A stretch of 63,612 bases of DNA, the filler included, from Diploschistes diacapsis (taxonomy: Eukaryota): assembly GCA_023645945.1 (NCBI GenBank). It is 17 parts of 17 records of this genome, joined end to end, with 100 filler letters (N's around TTAATTAATTAA, not from the genome) between each part and the next. Parts side by side here need not be neighbours in the genome. Positions count along the whole stretch, not along the records: positions 38,452 to 59,249 come from JALAIB010000325.1; 16 more parts are not named here. One strand, given 5' to 3'. The notes under the pieces were generated by a model. It was given only the letters and a program-made list of their open reading frames with translations. It was not told the origin of the DNA and searched no databases. The position numbers were made by a program, and so were the translations under genes. Shown piece by piece: positions 48,403 to 58,563 of the stretch; the first letter of the stretch is position 1, and the number at the start of each line of letters is the position of its first letter.

Positions 48403-49603
48403 CTGGATTCTGCACGAGCCCCTTCATACCGAGCTTGTGGCTACATCGTAGGCCTACTTTATTTCTCTCCTTTATTGCTTTGGCTTGGCTATGCAGCAGA
48501 AGCAATTGCACCCACTGTGGCCCAGTGGTACAACTTCTCAAGTCTACTTTCAACCGACCTTGTCTTCACATGACTGTTGTTGCCCCAAGCTAGAGTTTTG
48601 TCAGTCAGCGCGCTACCTCGGTCGGACGAAAGGCGCTTGGAGAGAGCAGCGGTGTCCACCTTCCCCCCACCCCTCAGAATCTCGGCATTGCCCCTTCTGC
48701 TGTCTTATCTCTCCGAGCATTCCAAATGGAGGATTTTAGAACCGATTGACGTACGTGCAGGCGACTGCCGGCTGTTCTGTTCTGGTGCGTTCTTCGCTCC
48801 GGCAGTTCTTTCACTTACTTGTCTTAGCCCCATGCAGATGGTCCCTGCATGGCTTGATCTAAGTACATGGGTGTGGTCGTGGGTGCACACCCCGTAGCAC
48901 ACTACGAAGTACATTTGTTGTAGCGTATGTCATAGAAACCGTGATAATATACACTAGTTGAAAGTTTGTTGTTTTGAAACACATGTACGTTTCAGAAAAG
49001 CAAAAGCATTGCGTTTATCAAACTATCCTGCATTGCGCAAGAATTCATGCAAGTAATGCTGCAGGACTCGTGCTTTGTAAGGAGCTCTACGGTCTGCCGT
49101 TGGTGCGCTTATTGAAGGAGGAAACGTCCGACAATCGAGATAAGAGCGAGATCTCTTCCTATCTTTCTGCATGTGTTTCTTCCCTAGGGCAGGCTGTGTT
49201 TTCGGAGATGCTACGGTTCGAAGACCGTGCTTGGGAGGCGTCGCCGTTGTGAGCGGTCTGCGGCTTGATCTCTGAAACTCGTCAATGTGTGCTCACAGTC
49301 GCTCAAGGCTCATGCGTTTCGGCACCGCGAGCGCGACGATAACGAAGGCACAATGTGTAGCCTACCAACATGTACAGCCTACCAACTGGGCCGGTGTGCG
49401 GTAGGCTTATTCAACGCTTTCGAGAAGTTGCGGTTTCACGCAAGAGAAACGGCCGACCAACTCCGGAGACGACCATCTCCAACCGAGGAACTGTATCAGC
49501 AAGCCTCGAGCAAAGGGATGCGGGAAAGCATTTGCTCCGTAATACTAAAAGATTGACTGTCGTAGGCGTTCCGCTCTTGGTTGCGCATTGTAGCATTTCG
49601 CCC

Positions 49604-50557
49604 CTAGCCGTGGTTCCAGTCGATGAAATCCATCCATGGCTCTCTCGGCGAGGAAGAACTTTTTGGCGGTGAAGGGCTTTTTGGCAATGAAGGGCGTTTT
49701 GGTGAGGCAGGCTGCTTTGCGTCCGTCCTTATCGGTTTCGGAGACGAAGGGTGTTGCCCTTTTGCGCTCGGAGGCACCGGACTGCTCAGGCCCTGCTCAC
49801 TACCACCGCTGTCCTTGCTCTGCTTCCTGGCGTGATTCCGGGCTCTCCTTTCCCTTTCCTTGCTAGACAACGATCAGTGAGTGGAACAGCTGCAATACGA
49901 CTGCCATTACTTCCGAAATCCCTCGGGGTCCTCTCGCATCTTTCTGTCCCGCCATGCTTTATTACGTTTTCTGAATATAATCAGTATATATAGCATCTAG
50001 GAAATGATTATCAGCACCGTTTCTTCGCGTAGTATTCCGCGGAGTTTTCTTTTTTGTATTTTGCTTCTAGCCTTTTATTTTGTTCGCTAAATATAATCAG
50101 TAAATGAATGAGCCAAGATGTGCCCATCGTTACCCTTTCGTTTGCCTGCGTTGCTTAGGATCAGGACGCTGTCCTCTCGATTTACGAAAACGTGGTTGCG
50201 GTCTTTCGTCTTGTTTTCCATCCGCGCTTGAGCTAGGTTAGCCTTTTCCTTCTTTTCCTTCCCACCATTGTTCTTGAAGTGTTTCTTCAAAGCCGAGTGC
50301 ATTTGAACCTACTTATGTGCTTCTCCTGCTAGATTTTCTCGTGCGTCTCCCCCAGACTCTTTACTGGACCCCGAGCCTCCCCCGCTTGCCCGACGTCTTA
50401 ATGGCTTCGATGGGTGGAAGGGCAGATGGGCAACATGGCGTCGCTGACGACCATTGACCGGATTCCGAAGTCCGGTATCGTGAGCAATGAGTCCGCTCGA
50501 CCAAGCGTTGACGAGCACGGCGAAGATGGAGAAGGAAACAAGGATGAAATACCGCAT
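49604..50557 (-). CDS. Secreted, Lys/Arg-rich protein of unknown function, 241 aa; exons 50557-50313, 50226-50134, 50086-50018, 49970-49911, 49862-49604
   Basis: Signal peptide MRYFILVSFSIFAVLVNA. Four introns (86, 47, 47, 48 nt) with CTAAC/CTGAT branch sites give a 726-nt stop-free CDS linking ORF-track entries 50309 and 49604. Confidence 0.75.
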
Positions 50558-53451
50558 ACTGAGGGACAGCAAGCAGGTGCTGTATCACCTGAAAGACATA
50601 GAAGTGGTTGTGAGAGCAAAAACCATCAAGAAATACTTGTGCCCTTGCGATGTCCTTTATAAAACGATGCGTCTTGCAGCCCCGAGCAATGGCCTCTGCG
50701 CTTTTAACTTCCAAACTCAAACTGCTTGCATCGTGCAGGGCTAGTTCGTTTGATGTAGAAGCGCGCAATTCGCGAGGCGTCTTTTGCACCTGCGGCTAGT
50801 CGTCTGGCTAGCTGGTACGCGACAGAACTTTAAAGTTGTTTTGGGTGTACAAAAGTCAAACTGGATAACGATGCTATCTGGCTTAGGGATTCGACCACTG
50901 ACACTGATCGAACTTACGGGGGTTGATGATGCGAAGAACCATCCCCGGTCTCCTCGAGATCCCTTGCATCTTCCAAACTGATCGTGTCCAGAACTAGCAG
51001 ATGCACCACTCTACGCCCGCCGCCGCACGCAGTACATAAGACCTTTTGTCTAGATGAGAGATGGAACTGAGTCTTCATATACGAAGAACCCAACAAAAAC
51101 TCAGTCGAGTATCAACTGCCCGACCAAAACCCCAAATTGCATTCAAAAGCCGCAGAGGAACGCCATGAACCCACCATTCCACTTGCGCTAAACATCTTAT
51201 TTTCAACACCATTCTCAACAACTGGGCATTCAAGTTTCCCTCCCCTAGAAGCCCACTATACCCTCACATGTCAAGCAGCAGGCAGGCACGACTGCGCAGG
51301 AACAGAGACACCACCGCAGAGCATTTCAGAACACAGAAGCATAGGCGCAATGCGCGTTCCCTGCACGACGGTGCCCCGGTGGCGCATGCGACTGGCAGAG
51401 TTGTCCTCAGCGGCCGAAAACAAAGACCTCCATTTGACCGACAGCTCCAAGTGACCGCTCTTAAGCTGGAGGCTGGTTGGCGGCCCCTGGTCTGTCTGCC
51501 TGGATATCTGGGTAGTATGTAGCAGCAGTAAAGCAGGGCAGGAAAGGTATCACGGTGGATGCTCGATCTGCCTGCCTGCGGCCCGAACCTGTGCCCTCGT
51601 CTGCACCTGTACAGCGTTTTCCCAAAAGAGGCCTGCGACGGCGTGCCCTGCGGGCCCTGGGTCCCTGCACCGAGTCGCTGACTGGCTGGGTGCCAATTAC
51701 CAGGTCCCAGTATGGAGCAACCGTGCCCTGGTAATTCGCTCCTGGCAGTACTGCCAGGGCTGGTGAGATGCAATACTTCCCTTGACGGTGTATGGTCTTG
51801 GAAGTGGGTGTTATATTACAAGTAGTAGTATTGTTATTGTTGTTTCGTGCAGTGCAGTGCGTGGAGTACGCGAATGGTGGATCGGACGCCGTCGTGCTGC
51901 TGCGGAGGTGGTTTTTGATTGTGACTTTGCATACGAAGCTCCATGCAACGCAAGAGCAAAGAGTAACGTCCAGCTGTAGAAAGGTGGGTTGAGGCAGAGG
52001 GATGTGCGTTCGTGCAGTGGCGTTCGGGGTCCATGTATGGGGAAACTTCGGCACATACTAACCGTTACTTTGGCCGATCGTGTACGCAATGATGCAGGTC
52101 TGATTACGGTACCTGAGATCAATCCTTGTAGGTGGCACCGACTGCCGAGGTTCTGCCATGCTGGTTGGTGGCCAGATTGACACAGAGTTGGTAGTGTTGG
52201 GACAGACGACGATCTACTATATGGTGGTCATGGTTACACTATCCATTGTTGTACACATGTAGCGATCATAGAGCGCTTGTTAGGGACTTTTTTATTTGTT
52301 GGCAGAGGATCCTACGGGCGGAGACATGGAACGCTCAAGGGCGTGCAGCTAGAATAGAATAGAGACATCAGTAGCAAAATAGCATCAGGTTATCTGGGAT
52401 AGGGCGTGATTGATATTGTTCAGAACTCTTTCCGACAGAGTTTGGGACTGCTGATAATGGTATGCGTAGGGAGATATATTGTCGGAGGCTTGATAAATCT
52501 AGCTGAGGAATGAATGCTGAACATGTATAACATAGCAGGTCTCTCCCTCTTGGATAGGAGTTGGTCTTGGAATTCTCCAAACAGACACTGAGCGACGAGC
52601 AATCTTAATGGTAATAAAATTTCTCTATAACATGTTCCTATCTCTGAATTGCTGCCTCGTCAGACTGTGTTTATGGCGCAGACTTGCCTTGCATTTCACA
52701 CGCTTAGTAGTATACCGGCAGTCCTTGGGCAATGCCACAAAAACTCAATAATTTGCCTCTTGACGCCCTTCTACCTAAGCTTAGACCCTAGCAGAATAGT
52801 GGTGCTGACTTCGGATGCGGTAGGTGAAGGCGTCAGTCCATAGATTTCGAATTCGAGGCCGTGTATCAATCATCTAAAGAGAAAATGCATGGAATTGCGG
52901 TCCGTGTGAAATATGTCTCCATGATCGGGGCATAAAGAGGTCCCTGATAGAGGAGTGGGCCAGACGTAAGAAAGGACAAGAGATCGCATGGGACTGCAAG
53001 TCGCGGCGATTATAAAAAACATGCTCTGTAAGAAAAGAAGAAGGGCTTTCATGGAGAACTTCGCAGCGGCGACTGAGTGTCAGCTGTAAAGAACATTCAA
53101 CATCTTGGTACATTTAACAATGACTGCCCAATAATGAGCTGCAGCACATATTAGAAATTGAAGCAGACATGAAAGACTACTTAAGGGAACTCTTTCTTTC
53201 GGTATGGAGGTCCGCTATTGCAAGCTCCAAGGAGAGAAGCACTCAACCCCTATATATTTGGTTGGAAGTGATCCCAGATAGGCCAATTCACGCAAAATTG
53301 TATCGAAAGCCTCGCACTTTGTTCATCGGTTCGCTGTTGATGATTCAATTGTGCTTCGCAACAGGTGCAACTCAAAAGAGAAAAGATGAGGAAAGAGAAC
53401 TTGATTGAAATGGACAAAGCCGATTACTCAGCGGCAGAGCCTCATCTGGCG

Positions 53452-53514
53452 GAATAATAATAATGAACGACTGAATAATAATAATGAATGGCTGAATAAT
53501 AATAATGAATGGCG
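53452..53514 (+). repeat. 21-bp tandem repeat x3 (GAATAATAATAATGAATGGCT)
   Basis: Three adjacent near-identical units upstream of sulfite reductase. A (TTCATC/TTCATA)n array follows at about 53733-53792. Confidence 0.9.
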
Positions 53515-53704
53515 GGGTGAGAAGTTAGAGAAAAATCCGAGCATGAGGGGTAGAACTGACGTACCGGGCTCGCCTTGTATTGACTGTATATGTACAACTG
53601 AGCTGAGACGCCTTGACGACTTTTTTCTTTTCTACATCTTCTTCTTTCCAACGGGTGAATCATGAGCCAATAGGGAATTCCCTGATCTCAGAGCCAAAAA
53701 TATC

Positions 53705-53715
53705 GATGGCGTGAT
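53705..53715. promoter_or_regulatory. Putative CYS-3/MetR bZIP binding site
   Basis: GATGGCGTGAT, one mismatch from the Neurospora CYS-3 consensus ATGRYRYCAT, about 140 bp upstream of the sulfite reductase ATG. Confidence 0.45.
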
Positions 53716-53856
53716 AGCTGTATTTGCACTTTTTCATATTCATCTTCATCTTCATATTCATCTCCATCTTCATTTTCATATTCATATTCATCCAAAACCT
53801 GAAGCGATATCAACTTGGGGGTATTTTGAGTTCATGATGCTGAATATAATCGCAGC

Positions 53857-56800
53857 ATGTCTGTAATACATACTGCTGGCGAAGCGGGTACGTCCAGGCT
53901 GTCTCGTTTCACAAAGCGTCTAAATATATATCTAATGGGTCCTGATAGTGGCGAGAATCGCTTACCGCTCCAGTAATGTTTTGATATCTGTTCAGCCAGC
54001 ATTGAATGTTGAATCGGACTTCTCAGTTCCCCTACGGTCACAACATAAGCCCAAAGCACAGAGTTATTTGGCAGATGAGCGTCTAGAGGTAATGCCACAG
54101 TCCAGCTGCTTACGCCAATCGCTCAACATGATTAGATACGGACATTTCGTCAAAATGTCGATCCATTCATTTCCGCATTTCACCCGCTACGCGAAGGCAA
54201 ATTAGTCTCTGTCCTTACCTCCTCGTCCACCCTCATCCCCGCTGTTCCGCATCTATACAAGCTTGCCCAATATCCGCTGGTAATACATGTCGCACTAGAG
54301 CCTCATGAGCATCCTGACTACTCCGAGATTACGGCGATACGACAGTGTGGCTTTACTTTCTTGCACTCCGAAACACTTCAGGAGGCTCAAGATATTGCGT
54401 TGACCGCCCATGCTCTGGCCATCAAGTCCAAAAAGGGTGTGATTCATTTCTTCGATACTGCAAACTCAAGGGATGATAACGCAATCGAGCCGGAGAGGGA
54501 AAGGACAGCAAAGCTGCTATTCGATGGCGCCGCCGTCCAAGCGATTATTTCGGAGAAACAGGAGACCTCTTCGGTCTACGTAGATGAAGGGCATCAAGCT
54601 ACCTTGCTGCAGCCAGATGCGAGTATCATGGCTGGATTGGGCGGCTCGGCCGCCACAGAATCGCCCGCTGATCAGTCACCACGGCCCTCGAACACGGCAA
54701 GTCGAAATCCTTCTTCGACAGGCTCATCTGCGAGGGGCAACAGTTCTGACAGCAACCCTACGCTCTCGTCTGCAACCTCGGTCGACTCCATAGTCTCTCG
54801 TCCTGTCTCTTCTGAAGATATACTCGGTTTTCTCTACGATATCTGGAACAAGCTCGAAAAGCTAACAGGTCGTCTGTATCGCCCCTTTGAATATACAGGT
54901 CCTCCCGATGCGGACGTTGCATTATTCGTATTTGGCTCGACTGGCTTATTCGTAGACGAGCTTACGGCTCCGTATACCCCGCTTGAGTCTCGAAAACTCG
55001 GTCTTGTCACGGCTCGCTTGTACCGGCCTTGGATGGCCTCGCATCTTGCTGAGGCCCTTCCAACTACGGTCAAGCGGATCGCTGTTCTGGAGCAAATTCG
55101 GAAGAAAACGACGAAGTGGGGTCCGGTGCTTCTCGACGTTCTCACAAGCCTGCAGAGCGGACCGGTGCAGGCACAGGCGCCGTTGGTGGTGGGCTATCAA
55201 CTAGGATATCTCGAACCAGCTACAGTAAGACAGGCGGTACGAGGCATCATACAAAACCTGCAGTCTCCGGCACCAATACAGAACCTGGAGATTGGGCCTT
55301 CCAGCGTCCCAAAGTCTTTAGCCAAAAGCGAGGGGCTGGATCAACCAAAGATTGAAGATGCTTACTTCAAAATTCTGGACCAACTGTTCGCGCAGAGGTT
55401 GTATGTTGCCAATAGGGTGGGTGCTGCACACGCTGGTGTTTCAGCGTCCGTATCTGCCAGTCCTGAATTCGGATTCGGCTCGATCCTTGCGAGAATAGAC
55501 CGTCGGACCGAATTCGTCCGACGGGTTGAGGAGGCCACCAAATCGAAAGATTTCATCACAGACGCTCCACGTAGTTGGCTATCAAAGTGGGCATTGGGTG
55601 TCAAAGATGGGCAGATGGGCAATGAGTTGGCACCCGAAGTCATACTGCGGCTGCAGACGGACGGGTCAAGACTTGCTTCTGACTTGCTATCATCAAAAGC
55701 TCTATTCTATACCGAATCGCGATGGCTCATAGGCTCCGACGCTTGGTCGTACGATCTAGGCAATTCTGGGGTTCACCATGTTATCGCTTCTGGAGCCAAC
55801 GTTAATATGCTCATAATCGACTCTCAGCCGTACACTGAGAGGGCAGCAGCCGATGCCACCAGGCGAAAGAAGGACATTGGACTCTACGCAATGAACTTTG
55901 GTAACGCCTATGTTGCATCGGTGGCTGTATATGGCTCGTATACGCAGGTCCTGGAAGCCATGATTGAAGCAGATAAGTTCGAGGGTCCCTCGGTTGTTGT
56001 GGCCTACCTTCCTTATTATAAGGAAGACGACAGCCCCCTTACTGTTCTGCGGGAAACGAAGAAAGCTATAGATCTGGGCTACTGGCCGCTTTACAGGTGG
56101 AACCCGTATAACGAGGAAACCAATGGAATGCCAAACTTCACACTGGACTCCGAGAGGATCAGAAACGAACTCGAGGGGTTCTTGAAGCGAGAAAATCAGT
56201 TATCGCAGCTTATGAAGAGACAGCCCGAGTTTGCCGCGACTCTTTCAGCGTCCTATGGCACTGAAGTCCGCGCTCTGCAGAAACGGCACGCCAAGGACGC
56301 CTATAACCAGATGCTGGAAGGTCTCTACGGCGCTCCGCTGACTATTATTTATGCATCGGACAACGGCAATGCAGAAAGCTTGGCTAAGAGGCTTAGCAAC
56401 AGAGGGAAAGCAAGAGGACTGAAAACTATGGTAATGGCAATGGACGACTATCCCATCGAAGACCTGCCAACCGAGGAGAACGTGGTAATGATAACAAGCA
56501 CGGCTGGTCAAGGCGAGTTTCCCCAGAATGGTCGCGCATTCTGGGAATCGGTTAAAAACTCTGGCGACCTCGATCTCGTCAATATCAAGTTCTCCGTATT
56601 TGCCCTCGGCGACAGCCATTACTGGCCGAGAAAAGAGGACAAGATTTACTACAACAAGCCTGGGAAAGATCTGGACGCTAGGATAGGCCTTCTTGGAGGT
56701 AAGCGTCTCACGGATGTGGGACTTGGTGACGACCAGGATCCCGATGCATACCAGACAGGATACTCGGAGTGGGAAGCCAAGCTATGGCAAGCATTAGGCG

Positions 56801-58563
56801 TGGACAAGGTTGAAGGTCTCCCGGAAGAGCCTAAAGAGCTTACCAACGAAGACATCAAGATCCAGTCAAACTTCCTTCGAGGTACCATTGCCGAAGGACT
56901 ACTGGATACGAGCACGGGTGCCATTGCTGCTCCGGACGCGCAGTTGACAAAGTTTCACGGAACTTACCAACAAGACGATCGGGACCTTCGAGAAGAGCGT
57001 AAGTCGCAAGGGCTCGAGCCGGCATATATCTTTATGATTCGCTGTCGTCTGAACGGAGGCGTTGCTACCCCGTCACAGTGGCTTCGGATGGATGAAGTCA
57101 GTAGCAACTTCGGGAATGGCACTATGAAGCTTACAACACGACAAACGTTCCAATTCCATGGTGTGGTGAAGGGAAAGTTGAAATCCGCGATGCGTGGGAT
57201 CAACAAGGCTCTCATGACGACGCTGGCAGCTTGTGGAGACGTCAACAGAAACATCATGGTCAGCACCATGCCCACGAGGTCACGTCTCCATAGAGATGTC
57301 CATCAAGTCTCTGCGAAGATTGCCGACCACCTCCTGCCAGCTACCACGGCCTACCATGAGATCTGGATCAAGGATGACAACGGCAAGAACACTCAGGTTG
57401 CGGGGAATGCTGTTGTTGACCAGGAACCACTCTACGGTCCGACCTATCTCCCACGAAAATTCAAAATCACGATCGCAGTGCCGCCGCACAACGACACCGA
57501 CGTCTACGCTCACGACGTTGGCCTGATTGCAATCAGGAACGATAAAGATCGCCTCGAAGGCTTCAACGTTCTCGTTGGCGGCGGAATGGGCGTTACGCAC
57601 AACAACAAGAAAACGTATCCACGTACAGGAAGTATGCTTGGCTATGTCCCTGCTGCTCAGACCCACATTGTCTGTGAGAAGATTATGTTGGTGCAGCGAG
57701 ACAATGGAGACAGAACGAATCGAAAGCACGCTCGATTGAAGTATACCGTTGATGATATGGGCGTTGACGTCTTCAAGGGCAAGGTTGAGGGCCTGCTTGA
57801 ATTCAAGTTTGAGGAACCACGACCTTTCAAATTTGAATCCAACATTGACACCTTTGGATGGCAGCGAGACGAAGAAGGCCTAAACCATTTCACTATGTTC
57901 ATTGAGAATGGCCGGGTTGAGGATACGGTGGACTTCCAAATGAAGAAAGGCCTCCGTGAGATCGCCAAGGTACACAAGGGTGAATTCCGCCTATCGCCAA
58001 ACCAGCATCTTGTCCTATCGAACATTCCCGACTCAGAACTCGACACAATGAAGTCTATGCTCAAGCAGTACAAACTAGACAACGTCCAGTTCTCCGGTCT
58101 CCGTCTGAGCTCCTCTGCTTGCGTCGCATTCCCAACCTGTGGGCTCGCCATGGCCGAGTCAGAGCGGTACCTGCCAGAGCTCATCACGAAGCTAGAGCAA
58201 TGTCTCGAGGACAACGGTCTGCGTCACGATAGCATCGTCATGCGGATGACCGGCTGCCCGAACGGTTGCGCCCGGCCGTGGCTCGCAGAGGTCGCTTTCG
58301 TAGGCAAAGCTTACGGTGCATACAACATGTACCTGGGAGGCGGATACCACGGGCAGAGGCTGAACAAACTTTATCGAAGCAGCATCGCGGAAGACGAGAT
58401 CCTGGAGATCATGAAGCCGCTTCTGGGAAGGTATGCCAAGGAGAGGAAGGACGGTGAAAGGTTCGGCGACTTCGTTATCCGCATTGGAATGATAAAGCCC
58501 ACAACGGAGGGCAAGACGTTCCACGACGATGTCGCGGAAGAGGAGAGCGAGGGGGAGACGTAG
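53857..58563 (+). CDS. met5: Sulfite reductase (NADPH) beta/haemoprotein subunit; exons 53857-53887, 53949-54088, 54136-58563
   Basis: Pyruvate:flavodoxin-oxidoreductase-like N-region (IGSDAWSYDLGNSGVHHV), flavodoxin (YASDNGNAE, STAGQGEFPQN), KFHGTYQQDDRD, LPRKFKI, sirohaem/4Fe-4S ligands CVAFPTCGLA and TGCPNGC. Confidence 0.97.
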
